58,249 bases of DNA, filler included, from Sphacelaria rigidula (GCA_964200075.2; 3 parts of 3 records of this genome joined end to end with filler, not necessarily neighbours in it); one strand, 5' to 3'; shown: positions 33,301 to 45,400, counted from the first letter of the whole stretch. Translations and numbers: made by a program. Notes: generated by a model from the letters alone, not told the origin.

Positions 33301-36300
33301 GATGCGGCTCGAGTCGGCGTTCCGCAGTCCGCACCACCGTCGCAACCGCTCGTTCGATGGAGATGATTAACATTCCTTGACTGAAAGGTCGCCATCGGCA
33401 GTCGGCTTGCTGCTCACTGATGACAAATGAACATCTGATAGGGCGGTCGTGGTGTTGGGGGTCGGATGAGTGCCATCGCCTACAGAACCCTGCTCACCGT
33501 TACGACCATAACCTACTCCCTTCGTCGGAGATATCACTCGATGCTGATTGGGCATTCCTCTCCCCAGCAGCGGTAATGGAGGCGGTGGTACAGACTTGAG
33601 AGTATCCAACCCTCCCGGCTCTGAGGTTTCTCCCAACTCTTATGCTCTTCCCGACTGTGATATCCTTCTCAGCTCCAGCGCACCTGCCAGGTGCGGTGAT
33701 GCCGACTGCAGAAGTTTCGCCGTGTTTTCGCCGGACCAGGCTCGCACTCAATCATCAAGCGCGAAGCGCTGTGGTGTTTTTGGCGAGGCGCATGAAGGGT
33801 AAGCTGCATCGTACTAAACCTTTTCGGCCCGAAGCGTACTGATTATCTTGTATTTGGATGGCAGCCTCCAATGCGTTGCTTCATTTTTTGTTATCGCCAC
33901 TATCAGAGACAGCCACGGTTCATTCACTGCCTCACGGGTGTCCCACCATTGATACACTACGTGGTACCATCATCACCTATGTGCAGAGTTGAGATTCTTC
34001 TACTCCGCACAATATGATCTAGCTCGGCCACCATCACGGTTACCGTAAAAAAACACAGGCGGGCAATAAGAATGGTTGCCTATAGCATACGCAGTGAAAG
34101 GCGTGTTTTACAGTGCCATCGTGAGCCGACACCAACCCCATAAGGGGTAACGTAGGACAGGGGGGGCGCACCAATGCAGGTCGCTCTCGTGAATGATTTT
34201 ACATTTCGTACTTCTTACTTTTCCCATGAATTGCGCTAGAGTCAAAAAGAAATGTGCTTTGGACAAAAAACAGCCGGCAAGACCCCCTCGCAATTTTTAC
34301 CGCGAATCTTTCACTATTGTGCTCAGTCGTGACTTTTGCTTCGGAATGTGGAGCGGATGCCTAGTATCTTCCGATTCCCATGGGTCGGGACCAATCTTCA
34401 CTAGGATGAGCGGTGGCACGCGAAAACCTATTAAGCACCGCCGACCAAGGAAAGATGTTCAAAAATCCCTAATTCACTTGGAAACTACCATGGGGAATCC
34501 GGTGTCAAGCGTCTTCCTTAGCAATTCGCAATCCATGATGCTCTCCGTTAGATATGTCTAGGGAAAACGTGATCGTCTTATGCTTGCCTCACTGAAACCT
34601 CATTCAAGCAACAATTGGAAAGCGATGGAGAGGTCGCCCACTGGCATGCCGGCTACCGTAGTAGCCCGCATACAATCGTTCGATAGGGCAAAACCCTCAA
34701 AGCGTCACTTCCACGACGGAAAATCGATACTTCTCCCAACGTTGGAATCAACAGTGTTGATGCTGCCTATTTCCCGAGATCCTATGATGGGACTATTGCC
34801 ACTTGAAATCTCAACCTCACCGACAGCTTCCAGCAGGTTATCGATGATGAACTCACCCCTGTGACCGGAAGCAGACCTTACCCGTTCACCCGTCCCAGCA
34901 CCTCCAGAATATGTAGGGCAATATTTTGCGTCATACAGGACGCTTCACAGGGTTTCAGGGAAACGCGCAATGTTTCTCGCGGGGTTTGGCTGTAGGGTAT
35001 TGTTTTGCGCCACACAGGACGCTTCACAGGTTTTCAGGAAAATTGTGGAGTGTTTCTCGCGGGGCTTCGGCTGTAGGGCATTATTTTGCGCCACACAGGA
35101 CGCTTAAGGGGGTTTCGCCACCCCGTGTAGTGTTCATTGCTGTTAATATGTTGTACAGTCTGTTTACGCACATACAATATACTCCACCTTACAGCGCGGG
35201 CACGGTACTGACGGAAACAAACGGCTGAGATATGTCAGGGGTGGGTGTTGAACTCGCGCTTTGTGGTCGGCAGGATAACGCACTGAGCATTGAACCCGTA
35301 CGATTTGTAGTTGACCCGAGATGTATTTTCGTGCTTCAAATGAATATCAAGCAATAACTTCATACATGATGCAACAGGTAAAAACATTATTTCCTTGAGC
35401 ACATAATTTTACTGAGGGTGCCTCCGGAGAATTTTGGGGGGAAAATACGCTCCAAGTTGTGAATATACCTCTGGAGTTTGACCTTTGGGACGCCAGCAAC
35501 CTTGTATATTAGAGTATAGACCACCACCCAAGATACATATCACCCGCTGTTCACGGATCGAACCATGCAAACCCCACAACACTGGTTCCCAGCTACCACC
35601 ATAACCCTGCAGCAAAATGTACGAGTTGGGCACAGGGATATAGATACATTGTGCCGTGGTTGGGCATGATGTCTTTCTTGTCGGTGGAAACTCGAGCACC
35701 TTCTTTCATGGTCGCGGCATCGCGCGGCGACGGAACTACGCGGGGTATAGGGTGGGGAATAACAGCGGCTTATTGCGTACACACTCATCATGGACAGTGC
35801 AGGCAGTACAAAGCTGCACGTTGTTCAAGTCCTTTTCACGTCGCACTGTAGGTTGAGAAGAGATAGTCCTGCGCTGTCTGTACTGTACTTTCCCCGCTTT
35901 CCTTTGACGCCCTACCTGCGGTGCTGCAGATACTGTTGTGCGCATACAGTTTATGCTGCAAGGCTTGGTATGTGCAGCACGTCCTACAGGGTGCTGTCTG
36001 TTCACGTGTGTATATTGAGCACCTTAATGCTAATCAAGATTAGTGCATGTCGCAGGCAATTTGCTTTGCATTGACGAGCATGATACTCTAGCAGGCACGT
36101 GCAGGCACGTGCGAAATACAAGTGACAGGATTTTACAATGTCGAAAGAACTTCTTCATGGGGTCTGCACACAGCAAGAAACCCCGAGCACGACTAGTGTG
36201 TAAGCTCCTGCTACGATCGTAAGGACCACTGGTGCAACCATGCCCACCGATACCATGAGATCACAGGGATTTTTCCTGTCCTTTGTTCACTATTTCTTGA

Positions 36301-37684
36301 GGTCTCCTAGTTTGCACCGATATTTACAGCCCATCGGGGGAGGAAGGTGTACACTTGAACAACTCAGAATCCTTGGTTTGCACTAGTCTGCATAACCTGC
36401 CCCCAAAATATAGCCGTCAAAACTGGCCCTCAATAGATTTCATTACTCTTCTAACCATCAGTGTGAGTAATCTGGGTCCTAGTTCATCATGTAAGTGATA
36501 ATGCTGCAGACTCAACAGATGATCCACCCTAGCGGTCCAAGGATTAACCCTTTCACCGCCAGGGAGTGTAACCCTTTGACCACCAGGGGGGGTAGCCCTT
36601 TGGCCACCAGGGAGTGTCATCGTGTTCATTTCAAAGTTGCCGAAGGACTCGGACGACTTACCCTCGCGGTCAGAGGGCCAACTGCTTACTCTTTACAAGA
36701 CGACATCTTTCTTTCGGTGCTTGTAGATTCGTGTGTGAACTCGAGAAAATATGCACTAGGATTCACTGGTGCACGTATAGCGCATCCCGAACGCAATGAC
36801 ACTGTCCTCGGCGCGTACCCATAATCTCATTGCTCAGGAATCCGAATAAACAAGACTTCACCCGCACGAAGTTGACGTCAATACTGTCAAGGGTCGGCTG
36901 TGGAACCTGCGGAAGACACAAACGCCGCAGCGCTCTTGCGTTGAAGTACAGTGAACATGACAAGCACGACCGCTCGAGTTACCTTCAATGAAATGTGGCC
37001 GACGCTTATTTCGGCCAGCTCTTCGCTATCTTCTGCTCCCACTGCAAGTGCCTTCCCAACGTCGGCGAGAAGAGGTAGGTAGACGTCTTTCCCAGCCAGC
37101 GATGTTGTCTCTCGCGATTCAGGGACCGACGTCGACGATCCATTCAAGAGGGTCCATATTATCTACAGACGCATTGAACGAAAAAAACGGTATCTCGCAC
37201 AAGTATCGAAGCTAAGTGAGTCGTTCGTGTATAGGGTACTTAGAAAACGCCGAGGTTTATCCTTGTCACGATATAATTTTTGCGGGACGGTGCTCTGAGC
37301 GCGTGAGAACAGACGCCCACAAGCACCACATCGCACGTCATTATCTTGTTCTCGCCGTTCGATCAACGCAACGCTTGCTTGTAACCATTGATGTCTACAG
37401 CTGGCGCCGGTCACTTGTGTGCATTGGCGGGACGTACACGTTTCACAAACTACCACCAGCAGTAGCGCTTCGGATGATAGCCGGCAGGGGAGGGCCAGGA
37501 TTTCTGGTGAAAAACAGACGAGACGCCGAACGAACTCACTTATTGCTTTCCGACCACAGACCTGCAATACGGACACCGCCGGGGCCGGCTCCATGCTCTC
37601 CTCTCCCGCAGTGGACGTGCTTAGCATGTCCCAAACAATCTCGCTTGCTTCTTGCAAGGTAGACTCGGGCAACTGACTCATCGC
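21354..37684 (-). CDS. Polycystin/PKD-REJ-like GAIN(GPS)-domain membrane protein, partial; exons 37684-37562, 37162-36983, 30567-30405, 30055-29961, ~29476-29230, 28603-28517, 28007-27894, 27627-27508, 27115-27027, ... 21734-21354
   Basis: GPS motif CYYW..GGEWKSDG..ITCATYHLSAF, then a TM exon (WPALLFLCSVLALFLFPAIYFYSK), a polycystin-like NHAW..LLTR motif and a later TM exon (AATALFMLPTAFVFPALLR). Splice phases chain through nine exons. The exon(s) after 27027 and both gene ends are unresolved; further exons may lie at 18100-21100. Confidence 0.75.
22710..25230 (-). mobile_element. Degenerate 5'-truncated RTE-like LINE
   Basis: RT motifs IKVIRMLYDGTRAR, GLRQGCVSSP and LFAVDA (YADD-like) at 24861-25214; frameshifted downstream LINE residues; pyrimidine-rich 3' UTR ending in TCAATCAATC near 22710. 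The 3' boundary is approximate. Confidence 0.8.
25529..26163. mobile_element. Degenerate MITE with subterminal GATATCCATCTGG repeats
   Basis: Many copies of ATATCCATCTGGGA on the left, inverted (CCAGATGGA) on the right. Ends TCTTGCACTATC ... GAGATTGCAACA; internal degenerate TTAGG repeats. Confidence 0.6.
28035..28245. mobile_element. MITE with TGT...ACA termini, 37-bp TIRs, ATGT TSD and internal (CCCTAA)n; Ginger-like
   Basis: TIR TGTAATG(T/C)GTGAGA(A/G)GACCGC(G/A)TGCTTAGAGGACCGC with 3 mismatches; ATGT at 28031-28034 and 28246-28249. Confidence 0.88.
28910..29159. mobile_element. 250-bp MITE, GAC...GTC termini, TGGA TSD
   Basis: TIR GACT(CA/GC)TGCCGAGATAGCCA.CCC; TGGA on both flanks; inverted homolog at 54045-54299. 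Confidence 0.85.
31400..34900 (-). mobile_element. Degenerate Ty1/copia LTR retrotransposon inside an intron of the polycystin-like gene
   Basis: gag-like remnant at 34350-34900; RT (ARMVAMGYSQVEGVDY, KAFYGLKQ..RAW, FHVDD) at 32115-32880; RNase H (STTEA*YVA, VFEDNKG, DQQAGTLTKAM) at 31410-31900. Multiple stops and frameshifts. Confidence 0.9.
32917..33163. mobile_element. 247-bp MITE nested in copia, GAC...GTC termini, CGGT TSD
   Basis: TIR GACACTT(C/T)CTACGATAGCC.C.CCCAAAAC; CGGT at 32913-32916 and 33164-33167. Confidence 0.85.
34912..35110. repeat. About 80-bp minisatellite, about 2.4 copies
   Basis: TGTAGGG...TTTTGCG.CA.ACAGGACGCTT units start at 34912, 34991 and 35072. Confidence 0.85.
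36545..36616. repeat. 24-bp tandem repeat, 3 copies
   Basis: TA(A/G)CCCTTT..CC.CCAGGG.G.G at 36545, 36569 and 36593. Confidence 0.85.
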
Positions 37685-38744
37685 CTGTCGTCCGGCACAA
37701 ACGAGGGTGGAAATCATCAGGCGTCTTGAGCGCTGCCAAATATCAACGTCCAAATATTTTGAACTTCGATTGTCTAGGTATCGAAGTGGTGGAGGGCATA
37801 TATTTTGCACGTCAATGTTGGCGACTGTGTGGCTCTGTATGGCGAACTCTACGTCTCTGCAGCGGAGTGCGGCGTTTTCAATATAGTTCATCTACCAACA
37901 TAAGCTAGTACGTGTGAGCAGAAAAACACGGGATATGCGGCAGTTCAGTAACACTATTCGGAAGGCCCCTTCCTTGTCGTTCGAGCGCCGGAAGCTGCTC
38001 CTGCTCCCATGATTGAGAACTGCTGTATTTTATGGATCGTCAATGGATCATGGTAGCTGCTTGTGAGGCAACTGGAGATTATGGTTCGTAGGCAGTCCTG
38101 ATAGGGTGGTGCTCCATGCGCACGCCTATCACTCTCTCTTTTCCTACCTCTTTCTCCGCCCGATTTCCTCGATGTGGACAGTAAAAATAAACAATACCCC
38201 AAACAATGGATAGTAATAACGATGAATCATTCGGAAAAATCATTTTCGTCTTCTTGAGACCTACTACACGAGAGCAGCATTTTTCCCGGCCACAACGCAC
38301 GGGGCTATCATTACTACACTGTCATCTGATCATGATCATTTGAACATAGCAGTGTGGAGGGTCAGCCTCGGAGGATTGTCAACCAGTAGTCAGCCGAATA
38401 TATGTTTGGGCGGAATTTCAACGTCAGGAGTAACTTCAGACTTGACGTCAGGGCGTTTTGTTCGTAAATTTGTAGCCCCACGTATCAGTGCGGCGCACAC
38501 TATAGGAATCGTCGATGGAAGGATGGGGCTGATGGTCGATCACAGTTGAGCGCAAGGTATATCATAGGTGAAAACTCATCAAAGCAAGAAGAAGAGTTAG
38601 GGCATGACACACGGAGACAGATTATCAAACACACAGAATGTGACGTACGGAAAACATTCTTGGAATAGGCACAATCCGCGGAGAGAGTAGCCGACAGTAT
38701 CCGGGAGGGCGTGTACCATATATCATACGATATCACCCTCCGTG

Positions 38745-38810
38745 AGTGTTGTCGTCCCATTTATTCTGGGCGCCAGTCTACACCTTTCGGTGTATGTGGG
38801 CGCATCAGCC
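38745..38810 (-). mobile_element. 3' end of the same (CA)n-tailed SINE family, cut by the gap
   Basis: Reverse complement closely matches 14655-14715 (GGCTGAT.CGCCCACATA.ACCGAAAGGTGT.GACTGG.GCCCA.AAT). Confidence 0.7.
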
Positions 38811-38910
38811 NNNNNNNNNNNNNNNNNNNNNNNNNNNNNNNNNNNNNNNNNNNNTTAATTAATTAANNNNNNNNNNNNNNNNNNNNNNNNNNNNNNNNNN
38901 NNNNNNNNNN
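38811..38910. other. Assembly gap linker N44-TTAATTAATTAA-N44
   Basis: Same 100-nt linker as at 19357-19456. Confidence 0.97.
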
Positions 38911-38919
38911 AGGGCGCGA

Positions 38920-39184
38920 TCCCACTCTTCCCGGCCTCCCCCCCCCCCCCCCCCCCCCCCCAAAGAAAAAACTAGCTAGAAGTGTCACGAAAAAGGTGGC
39001 AATAAAGCGCCTGATGTTGGGTTCAGGCTGCATAAGGGGCCTCATATTGGCGACATTGACTAGACCGAACCTGAGCGTGGAAATACCCAGCTTGTTGTGC
39101 TCGGCATACCCTAATTCGATTACGTGGAGATTTTGCGTCTCAAAACCATTCACTTTTTGGAAAAGGGCCATCGTGGAAAGTGTT
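38920..39184. mobile_element. Second copy of the 32917-33163 MITE, left TIR disrupted by poly-C
   Basis: Shared AAGTGTCACGAAAAA..CTCATATTGGCGACATTG.CTAGA.CGAACC..CCCAGCTT..AAAACCAT.CACT..ATCGT.GAAAGTGT. Confidence 0.75.
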
Positions 39185-39407
39185 CCTAGTGTGGAAAAAT
39201 GAACTATGTTTCGTTTGTCAAATAAACGATGTTTCGTTTGTTAGTTCCCCCGTGCACGTGTGCAACGGCTGACGTAGTCATGCCGTCTGGGACGTGGGCT
39301 CAAAAAATACATATTTTTCGTCGACGCTAACCCATCTCTTTGGGGGGATGTAGCTCATGCCAAGCATCATGTTACCTCATCGTGGCTCGTTGTGACTAAC
39401 TGTGCAG

Positions 39408-42400
39408 AGATATCTCACGTCAAAACTGTTCATCGTCCCAACTCCAATATTACTCACGTGCGCAGCGATCAGCACGGATGTCCATCCCGCGATGTTGCGG
39501 AGGCTGCAGGACGTGGCCCCTCAGGTTGTCCTTGCAGTCACGGACAACAGAGACACTTTTTCGAAGGTTTTATTGGCGGGCGCACTGTCCTCGCCATCCG
39601 CGCATGACTCACCATCCGCCCGCGACTCGCGCTGTGACAACATGTTCAACTCCATCTCTGACGCGGCTACACGCTGGCTGGCGGCGTTGTCCCACCCACG
39701 CCCCAACTACCCCGTGGCCGATGTCAGCAAATCGCTGGTGGGACTGCTCCACCTCGCTTCCGACGCTGCACTGGCGATCATTGACGAGCCGCGAATGTGC
39801 CAGGCGCCAGACCCGACGGAAGCGTTCATGGATGTAGCCAGCGGCTCATGCAAGCCGAGACGCAACATTTTGTTCCGTTTATTGGGCGTCATCCTCGAGT
39901 GCTTGCCGGGGCCTCACACGAACGCTAGAGCCAAGTGCGCGTCAGTTACGCGGGGTGAATCAACAGCCGTAGCAAAGGCAGATAGGAAGGACGCGAAGAA
40001 AATTCGTAAAAAAGCTCTCCGGAGTGTCGCACGTATGGCCATGGAGTCGTTGCAAAAGCTTGCTGGACACGTGAATGGTGCTCCGGCTTTGAAGCACGTT
40101 ATTGAGGTGATCGACAAGAAATGTGACGGACGGGGCGCGGCACGGCATGGGAGAGGTGAAAGGAGCGCTGCGTCGGATGATGGAGGTGACGAGATGCAAG
40201 AGAAGTCCAAGACGTTGACCGGAATGGGGCAGGATGTGTGCGATGCATTCGCCACGGCTTTTGCTTCCGGGATAACTGTCGGTTTGCAGGTGAATGTCGA
40301 CAAGAGTTTCTTGTCATGATTGTGTGACGGTGCCGTTTCCTCGTCGCTGAATGCCATCGCAACAATTTTGGGTAACCTGAAAATGTCGAGAGCGACTCAC
40401 GCGAGTCTTCATATCAACTGAGAACGAAGTGGCTTTGGTGAGCGGTGATGAAGCTTTATCCCGACACGAATGTGTCCCTTATGCCCCGTGAAGGCATTTT
40501 TTTTAACTGCAGTCTGAGCTCACCAAAAGCACTATCCCTCGATGAAGTGAACATTTTGTACACAGCTGAAAAGCAGTTGGCCCTTGAGCTTGACATGCGA
40601 CCGACCGTTAGTGTCATGTGGTCATGGTTACATTTAACATCATTGCACGACCCGTCATTGATCGCTCTCTCGGCGTGACCGGCTCGCTCGTTTCCTTCAG
40701 GAGCTGGCAGGATATTCCAGCTCGGGCGGCGCCTGGCTTCTCATGGAGGCCATTTCTCAGGCTATTCCGAAGGCTACCGATTCCGCGGACACTGGCGAGT
40801 CTTTCTCCTGCAGGACGCAACTATCGTGTATTCTTGCGACCCTGGCGATCCGGGAGCTGAAGAGAACTACAACCTCATCAGCAAAGAAGCGTGGAGGGCA
40901 AAGACCAGAAATTGCAGCAGAATTTGTGCACGTCCTCGCGTACTTACCGGTTTGTGCGCCGTTTCTTCCGTGCACCGATCGCGCCATGTCCCTCTTTGCC
41001 AATGATCACTTGTCGACTGGGGGCCATACCGAAATTGTGGAGAAGGGCTGTGCTTCCGAAATAGCGTATGCTCTTGACGCAACTGGCGGTCTTCCTCCTG
41101 TCACGCTCGGAGACACTCTTCACACTGTGCTCACGTTGGTGTCGTGGGAAGTTGTCGGTACCCCGTCGGTGCAAAACACAGGTGGCACCCAGCCTGGAAA
41201 AAACATCGAGATGAGGAAAATGCCTGGGGGGGATGCTTCATCAGTTGTGTCGGGAGCTGTCGCCTCAATTTTGCTCGCGCGAGGTGATGCCGCCAGTGAG
41301 TGTCCCGCCGGCAACAAGGCGAAAATGTCCCCGCTCCTAATTCTGGGCGCCATGGCAATCTCGGCTGCGTCCACTCTGTCGGACCCATCAATACAACTTT
41401 GCGATGATGCGCTAGTCAAAGTGAGCGCTGGAGTTCGGGCGTTGTGCGTCGCTGCAACGATGGTTACGGCTGCGGCTCAAGGCGGCGCTGGTGAGGATGA
41501 GACGCAGGAGGACCGGCCAGGCGTGGAGTTGATTTGCGCACCTGATGTCGTGGCGGTTTTTCCTGCGGCGATTCTGGCGGCTTGCTGTGAACACAGGGTG
41601 CGTATGTCCGTTAAAGTCATCACTACATTTGGATTCGCTGATGTGGGCAACGTGTGGTCAAGTACTGAAAGCGGTAAACACTTGAGCGCATTGTAGCCTT
41701 GATGCTGCGCGTCATTTGTGCAGATTGCGGATGACCGCACCATGCATCCCTTTTTGTGTTGGAACATGTGTATCCGGGTGGATGATTTAAAACTCTCCTG
41801 GGATGATAACCGCCGCCTCGTCGGATGCTACTCTGGTGGCACTCCGGCACAACCCGTGAGGCTGAACAGCGGTACTGAAGCCCAGGAATAGCAAGCGCCG
41901 ATGCCGGCTGCTGCTCTCGGAGTAGCTCTGTCTTCGTGCGATGGTGCCGATGGCTTGAAGGGATCAGTACCCACGGGTGGAGATATTTCGAAATAGGTTA
42001 TCCTGCAAATTTCTCCACCAGCTCGACCCTTAATCCTGGCCGCGCTACATTTTGTTGCAGAAACCGTCGATGCACGGAATCAACGCATCATTTTCCCTCC
42101 TTGATGGTTCCAGCAGTGGGTCTTGAGATGAACGATGTTTTTTTCGACAGTGTGTCGACCGATACAACCAGCAGTATTTTTTTTCCCGACGTTGTCTTGG
42201 ACCAAGGGATGTGAGATTCGAGCTGTCGGCTCTCTCCGTCCCGTTGCTTGTACAGGGTTGCACCCCAATCTCATCCTATTTTCCCCCTTGCTCCTCTGGT
42301 CACCACTCAATCGATACGCCCGCGGAACAGGCGCTGCGAGACGCTGGCGTTTTATTTATCTCCACTGTTGCCACACATGGGTATTCGCTGCGCGAGACCC

Positions 42401-45400
42401 CCTCGGCGGAACGGACTCCGTCACCAAAGAGTACGGCTGGGGGGAAAAAAAGGAATGCCACATCAAAGACGACTAGTCTTGATTACCACGACGACAACCA
42501 CATTATGCCCGTTGGAGGGGAGGACGCTGTTGTGGCTGAGTTGCCCGCGCCTGTACCGGTTGCGTTGTCACCTCCAGATTTGCATTCGATTGTAAAACTT
42601 GCTGGCATCTACGCTGGGAAGAAGAGCGAGTGGGGAGTGGGCGACGTGAAGAGACATCTTGCGGGTGCCTTGGTAAGTGTCGTGACCGTCGAAAAACTCT
42701 TCCCTTGACCAGTGGAGGTGAAGTCCGTTTCGGAACGAAGATTGAACGACTTATGGAGCGGAGAAAAATTCAACCCCAAGACCGTAAGATGAGTCTATCT
42801 GGATCATGCACACGTTTTTTCACTCGAAATTGAAGCCGATTCAACAGAAGTAGACTGACCTTGCCGTCTACGGGTTGATCTTTGTGTCGGACATGTCAAC
42901 TCGTACCCATCCAACATTTTCGGTGACTTTTTCTGCAGGACAATATTTCGGGAGCCAACATGAAGTCACCTCAACGGACGTTGATCGACCGGGAATCGAG
43001 GGAAAAGTTGGTACACTATTTAGTGAGCTGGGCGGCTAGACTGGGATGGCGTGAGCCAGCAGCCGCGAACGTCCTCCTGGAATGCGTGGAGTGGGGAGGG
43101 TCCTCAAGGTGAACATGGTGGCTTCACGGGGTACCCCATATACCGTGTTGCTCCCCGGCACAACACTATCCGTCTGAATATCACCTCATCCCAACTCGAG
43201 GCAGGTCAAAAACGTCAATATTTCTTAACATCGAAAAGCCCAATGAACAAAACACCCAATACAACACATCCGCGGGAATTGACCGCTCAAACCTGTTCCC
43301 ATCGACTGTGTGTCCCCTCCCCTCTGGGAAATGTACCAGAGAAACATGCATGCCGCTTCTACGACACTGCCTCAACTCTCCAAACGCGGGCGACCAAGCT
43401 GGGCTTCTGAAGTCTCTCCTGCGGATGGCAGCATCACTACCCTGCGACAAAAGCAGCTCAACCACGACAGCACCGGAACTGCCTGATACGATCGACACGC
43501 CTGGGAATTCCAAAAAGAAGCGGCGCAAATCCGGCGGAAAAACAGAACCAGAGACCGGCGCGCAACTCGACCAAGAGGCACCCTCCGACACGGCTGAATC
43601 ACTGTTGCACCTAGCTCTCCACTCACCTGGAGTACCCCAGGATGTGGCTCTTGATGTGCTATCGACCCGCTCTTATGTGGCCCTCGAGTCGGGAGGTATA
43701 GTTGACAGGCAACGTAAGGATCTGCTGAGGTTGCTGGTAGAGGTCAACTTACAGGGTCCCGATGGCAACGCGGTAGCAGCGGCTGCTGCGGCCTTACGAA
43801 TGGTGCCGTCGGATGTAGCGGCGTTCATCGTGGAGCTCGTTCCGGATGTTGGTGAGGGCGGGGCTGCCGGCGCTGATGACACCGAGGTATGTGAGGGATT
43901 TCAGTTGTTGCGATCGTCCATCAATGACAAAACTCGTGCGATAGTGGCGATGTCTGGCTGGCGGGCAGCAGTAACGTCCGGGCAAACTCCGTCACTCTAA
44001 AAAGGTTCTTTTCGGCACGAGCTAAATTGCTGATCCGCAACATGTTCAGCTTCCCGCAGTTTGTATAGTGAACCCAAGAAGAGTTTAGCAAAAGTTGATG
44101 AAAGAAAGGGTTCACGCAAAGGATGGCCGACCGCGCTCCCCTTTGCCTCTCGGCGTGGACTGAACCCATCTACGACCGAGTCTTGCATTATGGCAGCGCA
44201 AGATTACCGTTTGACAGCGGGGAGCTTCTGGGCAGTCATGATCTCGTAGTTCCCACTGATACCCCCGACAACCAGAGCCCGACCATTCAATTCCCCGATA
44301 TGTCGGTGTATGGATACTTCACTTCGTCAGCCGTCCGCGAGGAGTCACTCGGACGCGCGTATTCAAATGCTCCCTGAAATCGCGTTGTCTGTGTGATAAC
44401 GGTCGATTGACTCGGTAACTTTGTGCCCCACATCTTTTTTTCTTCACACCACGCCGCTTCCCGTGCTCCGACTGTCGCGAACGAAAATAGGCATCAGGGA
44501 CATCGGCTACGAGCACATTGCAGCCGAACTGGATCTCTAGGCTGAGTAGCCTCATCGAACTTTCCCAAATTCTTCTCGGCCCAAATACAACGTCGTCTGC
44601 GATAGCTACCGGTAACGGTGCTCATGTTCAACGGTCACGTTCCGCAGATCTTCAACAGCGTTCGACATCGACATCGTCAAGCAAGGGATGGGGTGGCGCT
44701 GCATCCCGTGCGATCGCACGTCCGCTTTTCGACACTATACCCGCGCTCGTCTCTATCATCCGCAGGAATGGCCATGCAACGGTGTCCGGTCGACCCGTTC
44801 CCAGCGGAGATGGTACCGATGTGGACAAGCGCACGATAAGTAACTTGGGCGACGCGGAATCGACGATGGGAAGCGATGTTGACGTTGCTGAATATGCCTT
44901 GTGGTTGACGATGGATATGCTGACGATGGTGCTGCGGAAAAATAAGGGGAGAGGCGGTTACGACGAGCACATGGCTAGCAATGACGCCAAGAAAGTGCTG
45001 GCGTGTGTGGAGGATGACCCGAGCCCGCAAACGAGGCGAGTATTGCGAATCGATACGCGGAAAAATATTCTGGTGCGCGAGTCACGGATGGGGGTGAATC
45101 AAACAGCGCAGATCGTTATCTGAAAAAACGTACACTCCACGAGCGCAATGACGATGTTAACATTTTGGAGATCTTCGATACGAAGAAATGCTCGACATTT
45201 CCATGCTAATGCTGAGCGCTCGTCGAGACCAAAGCCTTGTGTCGAACTCGTACGTGTCGACTATGAGAAGACCGCGAAAAATAATCCCGACCGCGCTATG
45301 ACGATATCTCATCTAGAAGTGAGATCTTGTTTTGAGATATGCTCGATTTTTCCATGCTAATGCTGAGCGCTGGAGGTGGGGCAGTTGCGGATTTGACGTC

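Noticed and set aside
34912-35110. CRISPR-like repeat array
   Set aside because: The whole 80-bp unit repeats with no unique spacers, in a eukaryotic context with no cas genes.
41795-41895. Hairpin followed by ANANNA (H/ACA or C/D-like)
   Set aside because: No ACA-terminated second hairpin and no convincing guide.
44095-44164. TTGATGA...CTGA candidate snoRNA (similar at 47426-47480)
   Set aside because: No terminal stem; the CTGA belongs to the dispersed repeat and the upstream parts are unrelated between copies.
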